Below, piece after piece: positions 10,076 through 19,625 of a stretch of 64,000 bases of DNA. The notes under the pieces are model-generated. The model saw only the letters and a list, made by a program, of their open reading frames with translations. It did no database searches and had not been told where the DNA came from. Origin of the DNA: an uncultured Nitrososphaerota archaeon (GTDB taxonomy: Archaea > Thermoproteota > Nitrososphaeria > Nitrososphaerales > Gagatemarchaeaceae); the NCBI GenBank assembly GCA_963718895.1, contig CAVRAG010000008.1, positions 704,001 to 768,000 on the forward strand. The letters run 5' to 3'. Each line of letters opens with the position of its first letter. Position 1 is the stretch's first letter. A program made the translations under genes and the position numbers.

Positions 10076-11305
10076 CTATATAGGCCCTGCCGCCACCAGC
10101 GTCCGCTGCGTGAGCAGGGCCTGTATCGCCGGTGGCAGCGTCTGTGGTGCAGCTACGCTGCTGTACAGGAGTAGGGGTGTGGGGATCACGAGCCCGTAGG
10201 ATGAGAGGCTCGCGGCGTTCTTGACAACGTATTGCACGAACTGTATCGCCTCTGCGGTGTTGACGCTGCTCAGGGGCACCGTGATGCAGAGGACTATGGC
10301 AGCTCCAACGTTCTTCGTGGTACCGGCCGTGTAGGTGAAGTTGGAGTAGAATGCGTTCAGGCTTGCACTCGACAGGTTCACGTGGGAGTTCAGGGTAAGG
10401 TAGCCCACGCCGTCCCCAATCGCTGCGGACCTGTAGATGAAGAGGAACTGAATCTGCCCAGACTGGAGAGGGGCGACGAGCGCAGCCGCGCTAGCCGCTG
10501 TTACGTTACCTCCGGACTTGAGGAGGGGTGAGGCGTAGGCCTGCTGATTGCCGCCGGAGTAGACATAGCCTGCCGCCTCGAGTACCAGCCACGCTCTATA
10601 CCCCGCGGGGTCGGCGGAGGGGTTCGAGATTCCGACCTTGACGCCACCGGAGGTCAGTGCCGTGAAGAAGGCGTTCCAGTCGGAGGTCGCGTTGGACTTG
10701 ATCGCCGTCTGGTCCTGGGTTATGATGGCGGATGCCGCCGAGTTGGTGAGGGTGGCGTTCGAGTAGGCCAAGACCATCTGATCAGCCGCGAATCCTATGG
10801 CCCAGTTGGAGGAGAGAGTCCCAAGGTGCGCTGGCGCCGTCGCAGAGAGGGATGCCGAGACGAATATGTCGTCCGGGGCGCCCGCCACTATCGCGCTCGC
10901 GTCAGCGTTCGAACCTCCCGAGATGACGGGAGCTACTGGGATCCCGGTAGTCTTCGAGAAGCCAGCCAGAAGGGCCGTGGTCTCAGTCGAGTAGGCATCG
11001 GCCGAGTAGGAGATGACCGGAGCGAGGACGAATGAAGTCGTAGTGACTGTGTTAGTGTTCGTGATGGTGTTCGTGTTGGTCTGAGTGTTAGTGATCGTGT
11101 TCGTTACTGTTCCTGTTACCGCCAGTGTGAGCGTAGAAGTTACCGTTGTAGGGCTCTCAGTTATTGTTGTAGGGACAGAGACCGTCGTCGTCTGTCCAGA
11201 CACCGTCACGACTTCGTATGCAGAGATAATCAGGACAACTGCTACCACGACGGCGGCTATTCCAACCGCCGACGAGATTCCATTTCTTGGGTTGCTCGGA
11301 GACAT
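10076..11305 (-). CDS. wtpA: molybdate/tungstate ABC substrate-binding protein with N-terminal anchor and Thr-rich stalk
   Basis: GGSN, DIFVSAS, SNPSADPAGYR, FIYRSAA; context of Mop and ModE. Confidence 0.8.
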   Translation of the reverse strand: MSPSNPRNGISSAVGIAAVVVAVVLIISAYEVVTVSGQTTTVSVPTTITESPTTVTSTLTLAVTGTVTNTITNTQTNTNTITNTNTVTTTSFVLAPVISYSADAYSTETTALLAGFSKTTGIPVAPVISGGSNADASAIVAGAPDDIFVSASLSATAPAHLGTLSSNWAIGFAADQMVLAYSNATLTNSAASAIITQDQTAIKSNATSDWNAFFTALTSGGVKVGISNPSADPAGYRAWLVLEAAGYVYSGGNQQAYASPLLKSGGNVTAASAAALVAPLQSGQIQFLFIYRSAAIGDGVGYLTLNSHVNLSSASLNAFYSNFTYTAGTTKNVGAAIVLCITVPLSSVNTAEAIQFVQYVVKNAASLSSYGLVIPTPLLLYSSVAAPQTLPPAIQALLTQRTLVAAGPI

Positions 11306-11306
11306 G

Positions 11307-11334
11307 AGCGTTATGCAGGGATTCGCATAACGCT
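11307..11334. promoter_or_regulatory. ModE-type operator, perfect palindrome AGCGTTATGC-N8-GCATAACGCT
   Basis: Lies between the wtpA ATG (11305) and the minus-strand TATA-like ATAAAT (11335-11340); resembles ModE boxes (CGTTAT...ATAACG). Confidence 0.8.
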
Positions 11335-11393
11335 ATTTATGTGTTTGGAGTGGGCCTGCCTCGGCCACCATCCCAGGGAAGTGTGAGGACGAC

Positions 11394-11603
11394 TCAGTCC
11401 TTGGCGATTATGACTTCGGTGGACTTGATGACCACCGACACCTTGTCGCCGGGCTTCAGCTTGAGCTCCTCCACCGCCTCCTTTGTGATCATGGAGGTTA
11501 TGGTGAACGGGTCATTGACATCCACCTTTACCACCGATGCGACTGCTCCTTTCTCGACTGCGCTTACTGTCCCGGTAATCTTGTTTCGTGCACTGAGTTT
11601 CAT
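11394..11603 (-). CDS. mop: molbindin (Mop/TOBE molybdate-binding protein)
   Basis: MKLSARNKITGTV...SMITKEAVEELKL..GDKV..VIKSTEV. Confidence 0.9.
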   Translation of the reverse strand: MKLSARNKITGTVSAVEKGAVASVVKVDVNDPFTITSMITKEAVEELKLKPGDKVSVVIKSTEVIIAKD

Positions 11604-11639
11604 TTCGACTTCAATGCGCAGCCTGGTTTTGGCAATATA

Positions 11640-11667
11640 AGCGTTATGCATTGACTTGCGATTCGGT
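11640..11667. promoter_or_regulatory. second, degenerate ModE site between mop and modE
   Basis: Exact half-site AGCGTTATGC at 11640-11649; other half matches 5/10; abuts the mop TATA (AATATAA 11634-11640). Confidence 0.55.
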
Positions 11668-11764
11668 CTTCAGTTGGGAACCAAGCATCGAATGAGTTCA
11701 GCGAGAACAAGGTTAAGGTCAGACTCAAGACTTAAAGTCAAGCCTCGAGCAAAATCGACACGAG

Positions 11765-12352
11765 ATGGGAACCGCCCGTAAGCCGAACTTGCAGCCCTCA
11801 TTCCGTCTTTCTCTTGAAGAGGGCAAGAATGTGGTCCTGGATCAGACAGACGCGCTTCTTCTCCGGCGGATTTCAGAGACCTCGTCTCTCACGGAGGGCG
11901 CCAAACTCGCCGACATATCATACCGAAACGCCTGGGACAGGATAAAGGCGATTGAGTCGAATCTTGACTTGAAGATCGTCGAGACGAAGGTCGGGGGAGC
12001 GACCGGGGGTGGCGCAACTCTGACGGCTGAGGGCATTTCCCTCCTGCATGATTTCCGCAAGGTGCGAAAGTATCTCCTCGACGCGCTCGACGAGCCGGAG
12101 TACATGGCCCACGCCAGCTACAAGTTGAGCGCAAGGAACAGGCTCAGGGTCCAGATAACGGACGTTCAGAAGGGCGAGGTGACCGCATCCATCAAGATGA
12201 AGGTGACCACCCCGGCCACGCTCACATCGATAATATCGAGGGAGGCAGTGGAAGACCTCGACCTGAAGGCCGGCGACGAAGTGGTGGCCATAATCAAGTC
12301 CACCGAGGTAATCATCGCAAAGGAGACCTCGGCTCGAAAGCGCGCGACCTGA
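11765..12352 (+). CDS. modE: ModE-family regulator (wHTH + TOBE)
   Basis: SSLTEGAKLADISYRNAW, GGATGGGATLT, LSARNRL TOBE domain. Confidence 0.9.
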   Translation: MGTARKPNLQPSFRLSLEEGKNVVLDQTDALLLRRISETSSLTEGAKLADISYRNAWDRIKAIESNLDLKIVETKVGGATGGGATLTAEGISLLHDFRKVRKYLLDALDEPEYMAHASYKLSARNRLRVQITDVQKGEVTASIKMKVTTPATLTSIISREAVEDLDLKAGDEVVAIIKSTEVIIAKETSARKRAT

Positions 12353-12384
12353 CCCACTCAGGACGCCTTTCGGAAGCTCTCCGC

Positions 12385-12717
12385 CTACTTCAGAGCTGCG
12401 TCTATCTTCTGCTTGTACATTGCCGCAGGACCGGCGCCCACCGTGGTCGAGTTGACCTGCCCGTTCTTGAAGACGATTATCGTTGGGATGCTCATGATCC
12501 CGAACTTCTGTGCTATCTCAGGGCTCTCGTCGGTGTTAATCTTGGCGAACTTAGCCCTGCCCGCGTACTCCTTCGAGAGAGCTTCGATTATCGGTGAGAC
12601 CATCCTGCAGGGGCCGCACCAGTCGGCGTAGAAATCCACCACTGTTGGTATCTCCGAGTGCAGAACCTCCTTCTCAAATTCCTCGCTATGCAGATGTAGC
12701 ATTGTCTTGCTTTCCAA
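12385..12717 (-). CDS. trxA: thioredoxin
   Basis: DFYADWCGPC, GIMSIPT. Confidence 0.95.
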   Translation of the reverse strand: MESKTMLHLHSEEFEKEVLHSEIPTVVDFYADWCGPCRMVSPIIEALSKEYAGRAKFAKINTDESPEIAQKFGIMSIPTIIVFKNGQVNSTTVGAGPAAMYKQKIDAALK

Positions 12718-12782
12718 AGTAGCTCAGCTGAGGAATTGGTGTTCTTTCGCGTATATGAGGGTTGTTGTGGCCGCCGACGGGG

Positions 12783-13130
12783 CTAGAGCCCGAAGCGGGG
12801 AGAGGCTTCCTTGTCGTGCTTCTTGAGCTCGGCGAGGACGGCTTCCTTGTCGGATTCTTCGGTCACTTGCTTGTAGAGGAGCCCCTTCACCTCGCCACCC
12901 TCCCTGAACGTGTCGATGTACCACCCGCAGACGAGCCACTCGTGCGGACTCTTCTTGTTTCGCAGGATCGTTATCGCGTTGTGGGGGTTTGGATGATAGA
13001 CGTGGAACGGGACGATCTCGTACTGTTCTTTGACGCCCGTGGGTACGAGCTGGGCACCCGGGGGTACCGACTCGATGCCTCCGGACCTGAAGCTCCTCTT
13101 CGGCGGACGGGTGCCGTAGGCGTGGCTCAA
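12783..13130 (-). CDS. hypothetical protein
   Basis: C-terminal part of ORF 12783..13241, likely TTG start at 13130; coding-like codon use. Confidence 0.6.
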   Translation of the reverse strand: MSHAYGTRPPKRSFRSGGIESVPPGAQLVPTGVKEQYEIVPFHVYHPNPHNAITILRNKKSPHEWLVCGWYIDTFREGGEVKGLLYKQVTEESDKEAVLAELKKHDKEASPRFGL

Positions 13131-13177
13131 TCGCTCTCTCTCGGAGGGGAAAGTCGGAAGATTGTAAACGTTCCTCC

Positions 13178-13480
13178 TCACTCCTTGAATCCGAGCTTGC
13201 CGCAAATCTGCTCGAAGATGTCGATATGGGCTTCGAACCACGGATTGAGCGAGTAGATGGTCCCGTACTTCTCCCCGGACGAGACGAGGAGCGAGTTGTT
13301 AACGAGGATGCGGACGTGGTGCTGGATGGCCTTGTACTGCAGACCGAGGTCGCCCGCAAGCTGGTTCATGTTGCTCGGCTTGGTCCGCAGCCTCCGGATT
13401 ATTCGGGCCCGGTTCTCTCCTCCGCGGCTGCCTCCAAGCAGGAAGAGGAGCAGCCTGCGAAAATCCGGGTCGTCGGACAT
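13178..13480 (-). CDS. ArsR-like winged-HTH regulator (archaeal GSRGG..R..I type)
   Basis: LLGGSRGGENRARII..P.NMNQLA..L.LQYKAIQHH..GEKYG. Confidence 0.85.
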   Translation of the reverse strand: MSDDPDFRRLLLFLLGGSRGGENRARIIRRLRTKPSNMNQLAGDLGLQYKAIQHHVRILVNNSLLVSSGEKYGTIYSLNPWFEAHIDIFEQICGKLGFKE

Positions 13481-13572
13481 TCGTCCTGAACTCCACCGGA
13501 CGGTATTTATCACTTGAGAACCTGCAATTGGAAAAAGAGTTAAACGAGCCACGGTCTCGGCCGAAGTAAGAC

Positions 13573-13854
13573 ATGGAGCTTCTGATACTGGTCGCCACAC
13601 TTTTCGCGACCTTCAACGTCATCCTGCTCCTTGGACTCATCTATCTCTACGCCCGGATTCTGAAGAAGACGCGGGCGAACTACTCAGCCGGGCTTCTGAT
13701 TTTCGCGGTACTCCTCCTCTTCCACAACATCGTCACCCTTTTCGGCTACGCCGTGATGGGAGGCCTCTTCAACGACCAGCTCTACCCGGTCCTGGTTGCG
13801 ATAACGGTCTGCGAGTTCGGCGGTCTTCTTGCCCTGCTCAAAGTCACAGTTTAG
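13573..13854 (+). CDS. small 3-TM membrane protein divergent from the ArsR gene
   Basis: Hydrophobic 93-aa ORF, GTTAAA box ~30 nt upstream. Confidence 0.75.
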   Translation: MELLILVATLFATFNVILLLGLIYLYARILKKTRANYSAGLLIFAVLLLFHNIVTLFGYAVMGGLFNDQLYPVLVAITVCEFGGLLALLKVTV

Positions 13855-13880
13855 ATATGAGGACCCTGTGAGTCGCCGCC

Positions 13881-14060
13881 ATGAAGGGGTCGAGGGTATT
13901 CGGGGTATTTCTCCTGCTGATCGGTCTGCTCGCCGTCCCGTTCTTCAAGGATGCAATCTCGAGCCTCCTCCTGGTGGGCATCTGGGGAGGGATGATCGTC
14001 CTGGTCCTGGTCTTCGTGGTCGGCGGGACTATACTCGTGGCGATTCGGGGCGACGACTAG
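13881..14060 (+). CDS. 59-aa 2-TM membrane protein (below ORF-track cutoff)
   Basis: Manual translation MKGSRVFGVFLLLIGLLAVPFFKDAISSLLLVGIWGGMIVLVLVFVVGGTILVAIRGDD*. Confidence 0.6.
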   Translation: MKGSRVFGVFLLLIGLLAVPFFKDAISSLLLVGIWGGMIVLVLVFVVGGTILVAIRGDD

Positions 14061-14551
14061 CCGTAGCTTGGGTATCTGTTCCTTACTAGTCGCAACATCT
14101 CAGTGGAGAGTCTTTCGTCTATGTTCTCCTGCTCGGTATCGCAGATCCGACGTGCCCCGCTGGCTATGACGAACGGTCCCTGGGCATAGGCCTTGCCCTC
14201 CTCTGGAGTGACTGGCGCATGGGCCTTGAGCAGCTCTGCGAGTCCTGGGACAGCGCCACCCCCGCCCAGGGCCCTGAGGATCGAGGAATCCACCTCTCTG
14301 TATCCGTACGAAAACGGGCCGGAGGTATCATAGGGTTGAAGGCGGACTTCAGCCCTGGAGCCCAAGACGAGCGGGGATGGTTTGAAGATCGTGTCGAGCT
14401 TGAGCTGCCAGGTCGCTTCAGGGCTGCCCACGACCGCGTCGTAGAAGCCGTGCGATCTCGAAGGAGAGAGGGTGAAGAACCACTGATTCGGATTCCTCGC
14501 GTATCGTCTGAAGATAATCTCATCGAGCGCGGGTTTGTCGAGGATCTCCAT
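14057..14551 (-). CDS. hypothetical protein
   Basis: 164-aa ORF filling the gap between neighbours. Confidence 0.65.
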   Translation of the reverse strand: MEILDKPALDEIIFRRYARNPNQWFFTLSPSRSHGFYDAVVGSPEATWQLKLDTIFKPSPLVLGSRAEVRLQPYDTSGPFSYGYREVDSSILRALGGGGAVPGLAELLKAHAPVTPEEGKAYAQGPFVIASGARRICDTEQENIDERLSTEMLRLVRNRYPSYG

Positions 14552-14614
14552 CCATCCGAGGACAGCCGGAGCCGTAATAAGCGTGAAGCGTATCGAGTCA
14601 GGGAGGGTGCGGGA

Positions 14615-16358
14615 TCACGGGATGAGAATCCTCCGCAGTTCTCTTCCATAGGCCTCCACGATTCCCGGGCCAAAATCCCATGGCAGGCCCGCCCTCTTGA
14701 ACAGCTCGGGCAGAGGTTTGGATCCGCCAAGACCTAGCGCATCCCTGTAGGCCCCGATCGCGCGTCTGGGGTCCTGAAGGTACCTTGACCAGACCCCGAG
14801 AGCGCCGAGCTGGGCGATACCGTACTCTATGTAGTAGAAGGGCGATTGGAACAGATGAATCTGCCTGTGCCAGAGCGAGCGCTTCTGATCCGTCCAGACC
14901 ATCCCAATCGACCCCAGGGCCGAACCTTTCGTAGGTCCTCACCCACGCGTCCCGGCGTTCCTCGCGGGTATGTGACGCGTTCGTGTAGAGCCAATGCTGG
15001 AAGGCATCTATCGTAGCGACCCACGGAAGGAGGCTGGCTACGGACAGGAAGTGGTCGTACCTGGAGCGAGCGGCGTCGGCCGAATCATAGATCGTTCCCG
15101 TTAGATGCTCACCGCCCAGAAGCTCCATGCTCATCGAGGCGACCTCGGCGATCTCGATGGGCGTGTTGTCGCTCCTGTAGAGGTAGTGGAGTCTGCGGTT
15201 CCTCATCTCAAAGACCTGAAAGGCGTGCCCCGACTCATGGAGAAGCGTCCAGACGTCCTGGTCCCTCCCGACGGAGTTCATGAAGATGAAAGGCAGCCCG
15301 ACATCGAGCAGTTCAGAGTTGTACCCTCCCGGGGCCTTTCCGGGTCGGCTCTCCAGATCGAGGAGGCCCATCTGCGTCATCCTTCGGAACCATTCGGAGA
15401 AGACATGGTCCACCTCCTCAAACACCCGTTCGCAGCCCCGCACGAGTTCTGGGGTGGACGCGAAGGGCCGCAGGGGCGCCCTTCCGCGAGTGTCTACGAT
15501 GAGGTCCCATGGCCTGATCGAATCAAGACCCATCTCCTTCTCCCTTCTCCTGTGGACCTCTCTCACCAGCGGCACGATCTGTCTCTCGATTGCTTCGTGA
15601 AAGCGGAAGCAGTCTTCCGGACCGTAGTCGAATCTCTCCCGGCTGACGAAGATATAGTCCCTGTAGTCCTTGAATCCGGCGTTCCTCCCTATCCTGTCCC
15701 GCAACCCAATCATCTTGTCGAAGATGTCGTCGAGCTGGTCTCTGTCCTTCCCCATCCGGCTCTGGGTGAGCCGCCAAGACTCTTCTCTCTTGGTCCGCTC
15801 GGGGAGCTCCAGGTACTTGCTCATCTCGGGGATCGTCCTCTCGCGACCTTCGTAGGAGACGGTCATGGAGCCGGCCAGGGACTGCTGCTGTTGGGCCAGC
15901 CTCTTCTCCTCGATCTCCAGTTCGACGTTCGCCTCTCGGAAGAGACTGACGCTGTTCTCTATCTTCTTGGCCAGGAGAAGGTATCGGTCAGGGGGCAGCG
16001 ATCGCCGGAACTGAGATTCAACGAATCTGCGGTTGAGATTGAACTGGGCGACCTTCACCTTCGGCTCGATCAATTCCACGAAGTCGAGGTAAGCCTCGCG
16101 GTACTCCCTCCTGTCGGTCTGTTCAGTCATCCTGATGTACCGAATTGAGGACGCCTCGGACAGGGCGATGAAGAGCTCGGAGTAGTCGTCGAGCCACTTC
16201 TGAAGCTCCTGCGCCGAACCGAGTTCGCGCTCCTGAAGCTCGGAGAAGTACTTCCCGACCTGGCTCCAGTCTGTAAGATCGATCTTCTGCGGCAGGAACC
16301 CCCGTGGATACTCGCGCGGGAGGGCCTCGTAGTCGAGCGACATCGTGGAGGAGGCCAA
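14615..16358 (-). CDS. pepF: M3 family oligoendopeptidase F, frameshift near 14891
   Basis: HESGH, EVASMSME, GKAPGGY; C-terminus HLFQSPFYYIEYGIAQLGA in ORF 14615..14902. Confidence 0.9.
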
Positions 16359-16477
16359 GATTCGATACCTCCTAAAAGCTATCCCAATCAGCGGGCGCCT
16401 AAGTCATGGATGCGTGAAGAAGGGTCGTCTCCCAGGCTCAGAAGCGTTATATCGAGAAGATCAAATGACGCGGAACG

Positions 16478-16912
16478 ATGACAGCTTCCACGGAAGGACG
16501 TCAGGCAAGACAGGTTCGGGAGACGGTGCTCGGAATCTACCAGGCGTTTGAGGATCTCGACGCCCGGGCGCTCGACAAGAACTTTTCACACTCTGACGGC
16601 CTTTTGGCGTTTGGAACCGACTGGGACGAGAAGTTCGCGGGCTGGAAGATGTACAAGGACGTCCACACCGTCCAGTTCGCCGCCCTGAAGAAGTTCCGAT
16701 TCAAGAGCAGAGAGCTTGAGGTCCACGTCCACGGGGACGTTGCCTGGGCCGCCGACAGGCCCCACTGGCGGATCGAGACCAGGGCCGGCGAGAAGGTGGA
16801 GAGCGACGTCCGGATCACCGCCGTGCTGGGTTGGGACTCCAAAGCAAGGCGATGGCTGGTCGAGCAGTGGCATGTCTCCTCCGGCCTGAAAGAAAGGCTC
16901 CACGAATACTGA
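16478..16912 (+). CDS. SnoaL/NTF2-like protein
   Basis: FGTD..E...GW, GDVAW, R.TAVL, W..EQWHVS. Confidence 0.8.
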   Translation: MTASTEGRQARQVRETVLGIYQAFEDLDARALDKNFSHSDGLLAFGTDWDEKFAGWKMYKDVHTVQFAALKKFRFKSRELEVHVHGDVAWAADRPHWRIETRAGEKVESDVRITAVLGWDSKARRWLVEQWHVSSGLKERLHEY

Positions 16913-16967
16913 AGTGACTGGAATTGGGAATGCTTATCACGATTCCGCCCAGAGAGGTGGAAGGACT

Positions 16968-17807
16968 ATGAAGATCGATCACGTCTCGATAGCGTGGTCA
17001 GACCTCGGCGTGCTGCAGAAGGCGTTTGCGGCTGCGGGGATGGCGACCGAGTACGGTGGTCCGCACTCCACCGGGAACACGCACATGTCCCTTCTGGGTT
17101 TCAGAGACGGCTCCTACATTGAGCTCATCTCCACCGTGAGGCCCGGCGTCGAATCATCCTCTTGGAAGGAGCAGATTGCAAGAGACGGCGGCCCCTGCGC
17201 ATGGTGCATCGAAGTCCAGGACGTTGGGCAGGAGGTTGCGAAGGCGAAGCGGCTCGGGATACCTGCGAGCGGGCCGGCGGACTACACCAGGAAGAGACCA
17301 GACGGAGTTCTCGTCGAGTGGGAGCTGGGCTTCCTCGGGGACACGGAACCTGGTTCAACGCTCCCCTTCATGATAAAGGACAAGACGCCCAGGGAGTTGA
17401 GGGTCAAGCCGTCGGCGAGCGTCTCGGGCGGCGACGCGCCGCTCAGAGGAATCGGGACCGTCGTCCTCGCAGTCGAAGACCTGAAGGTCGCCGCCGCGCT
17501 CTTCCAGAAGATGTACGGGTGGAAGCGACCCGAGACAGACTATGGGACTCTCGCAGGAGCCACTCTCGCACGCTTTGAGGGCACTCCGGTCGTGCTGGCG
17601 ACGCCGAAGAGCGAGGGATGGTTGAGCGAGAGGCTCGCCGCGTTCGGGCCGTCCCCGTGCGCATTCCTCATCGACGCCGATGACCTCGATTCGGCCGGCA
17701 GAAGACATCAGCTGGGGCCAAGGCAACCGTGGTTCGACGGCAAGCAGCTGGAATGGGTGCAGCCGCTGGGAGACAAGGGCGTCATGCTTGGCGTGGTCGG
17801 GCCCTAG
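16968..17807 (+). CDS. VOC/glyoxalase-like protein
   Basis: IDHVSIA, YGGPH..NTH, YIELI, RKRPDG...W, LPFMI. Confidence 0.85.
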   Translation: MKIDHVSIAWSDLGVLQKAFAAAGMATEYGGPHSTGNTHMSLLGFRDGSYIELISTVRPGVESSSWKEQIARDGGPCAWCIEVQDVGQEVAKAKRLGIPASGPADYTRKRPDGVLVEWELGFLGDTEPGSTLPFMIKDKTPRELRVKPSASVSGGDAPLRGIGTVVLAVEDLKVAAALFQKMYGWKRPETDYGTLAGATLARFEGTPVVLATPKSEGWLSERLAAFGPSPCAFLIDADDLDSAGRRHQLGPRQPWFDGKQLEWVQPLGDKGVMLGVVGP

Positions 17808-17859
17808 AACCGACATCAGCTGCCTGGCTTATTTATCCCAGTGACCTGACACGAGAGCC

Positions 17860-18822
17860 ATGGGACGCGTAAAGATTGGAGTTCTTGTGCCGACTCGCGG
17901 CGAACTGATCCGTTCCCCAGAACATCCAAACTTCGACAACATCATGCGGATGGCGGAAGCCATCGAAGAGGAAGGATACCACTCAGTCTGGGTCGGGGAC
18001 AGCGTGACGGCCAAACCACGCTTCGAAGCTCTCACGTCCCTTGGCGCCATAGCCGCGAGGACGAAGAAGGCCCTGCTCGGAACGTCCGTCCTGCTCTCAG
18101 GGTTGAGGAACCCGGTGGTTCTCGGACATCAGGTCGCGACCCTTGACGTGATATCCAAGGGAAGAATCATCCTTGGCGTCGGCGTCGGCGGGGGTGACTC
18201 GAAGAACCTCATGACCGAGTTCCCGGCATCCGGCGTGGACTACGGCAAGCGGGCCGAGATCTTCGAACTCGGGATTGAGACGATGAGGAAGGTCTGGACC
18301 AAGGACAAAATCTCCATGAAGACGCCCTATTTCGAGCTTGACGGCATATCCGTGGAACCGAAGCCCGTTCAGAAGCCTCATCCTCCGGTCTGGATCGCGG
18401 GCGCTCACTTCGGACAGGCCGGCGAGAAGCAGCTGGCGAGGATCGCCAGACTTGGGGATGGCTTCATCTCCACTCTGATAACGCCGGAGGAGTATGGCCA
18501 CGCGCTCGGTCGGATCAGGGACATGGCAAGCGAGATGGGGAGGAAGCCCTCGGCGATCCGCGCGTGCCTCTACACGTCCGTGACCCTCAACGAGAGCAAG
18601 GCCGCCGCGACCAAGGAAGGCAACAGGTTCCTCACCGACTACTATGGATACTCGTTCTGGGGCGACCGCTGGGGTCCGTTCGGGCCCGCCGCTGGACTTG
18701 TAGAGTACATCCAGCGCTTCGCCGACGCCGGAGTGGATACCTTCGTCGTCAGGTTTGCTTCGAGGGATCAGGAGGGCCAGTTGAGTCTCTTCACCCGCGA
18801 GGTCTTCCCGAGCTTCAGATGA
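17860..18822 (+). CDS. LLM-class (luciferase-like) flavin/F420-dependent oxidoreductase
   Basis: VWVGDS, LGTSVL, ATLDVISKGRIILGVG, PKPVQ..PPVWI. Confidence 0.9.
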   Translation: MGRVKIGVLVPTRGELIRSPEHPNFDNIMRMAEAIEEEGYHSVWVGDSVTAKPRFEALTSLGAIAARTKKALLGTSVLLSGLRNPVVLGHQVATLDVISKGRIILGVGVGGGDSKNLMTEFPASGVDYGKRAEIFELGIETMRKVWTKDKISMKTPYFELDGISVEPKPVQKPHPPVWIAGAHFGQAGEKQLARIARLGDGFISTLITPEEYGHALGRIRDMASEMGRKPSAIRACLYTSVTLNESKAAATKEGNRFLTDYYGYSFWGDRWGPFGPAAGLVEYIQRFADAGVDTFVVRFASRDQEGQLSLFTREVFPSFR

Positions 18823-18867
18823 CGGCCCCACGAATCGATTAATAGCCGCGTCGGTCGTATTCATTCC

Positions 18868-19599
18868 ATGACGTCTGAGAAGAGAAAGCCCGGCGAGTTC
18901 ACCGTTGACTATCAGCTCCAGAAGGCCCGAAGAGACTATGAGATGGGGCTTGCCACCATAAAGATCGACCCGAAGAAGACGGCCCTCGTCGTCGTGGACA
19001 TGATCGAGGAGTTCACCAAGCCCGGCAGCGCCCCCTTCTGGGTGCCCGACGCGACGAAGATCCTCCCGCTGGTCAAACGGCTGATCGACGCGTGCAGGAC
19101 CGCAGGAACGCCTGTGATCTACACCTACTACACGTTCAATCCGACCTACACCGACATGAACCCGTGGTTCAGGGAGGCCTGGGCTCCCATCGACAAGACC
19201 GAGGACTACGAGGGGCCACCCCTCTTCACAAAGGAGAGCATCGACCCGGCGATAAGGCCAGACTATACCAAGGACATCCTAGTCGCCAAACCGAGCTACG
19301 GAGCATTCACGAACACTGCGCTCGACTACATCCTGAAGAACCTGGGGGTTGACACGGTGATAGTCTGCGGGACCATGACCAACTTCTGCTGCAGCACGAC
19401 GGCCCGGGAGGCACACGCACGGGGATACAAGGTAGTATTCGGGTCCGACTGCAACGCTACCGACGACCCCGCAATCCAGGAGGCCGAACTGAAGACACTC
19501 CGGCGGGGGTTCGCCCTGGTGCTCTCTACCAAGGAAATCGTCGACGCCGTCAACGGCGTCGGAGAATTTGCCGCTTCGTGGCTAGCGGGCGTCGGCTGA
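18868..19599 (+). CDS. isochorismatase-family cysteine hydrolase
   Basis: ALVVVDM, K..YGAF..T.LD, GTMTNFCC.TTAR (D-K-C triad). Confidence 0.9.
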   Translation: MTSEKRKPGEFTVDYQLQKARRDYEMGLATIKIDPKKTALVVVDMIEEFTKPGSAPFWVPDATKILPLVKRLIDACRTAGTPVIYTYYTFNPTYTDMNPWFREAWAPIDKTEDYEGPPLFTKESIDPAIRPDYTKDILVAKPSYGAFTNTALDYILKNLGVDTVIVCGTMTNFCCSTTAREAHARGYKVVFGSDCNATDDPAIQEAELKTLRRGFALVLSTKEIVDAVNGVGEFAASWLAGVG

Positions 19600-19625
19600 G
19601 GCCTAGGCGCTGGAGAGGTAGGGGC

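Noticed and set aside
11040-11200. Repetitive GTGTT/GTGAT tract
   Set aside because: Encodes the Thr/Asn-rich stalk of WtpA; not a CRISPR or DNA repeat
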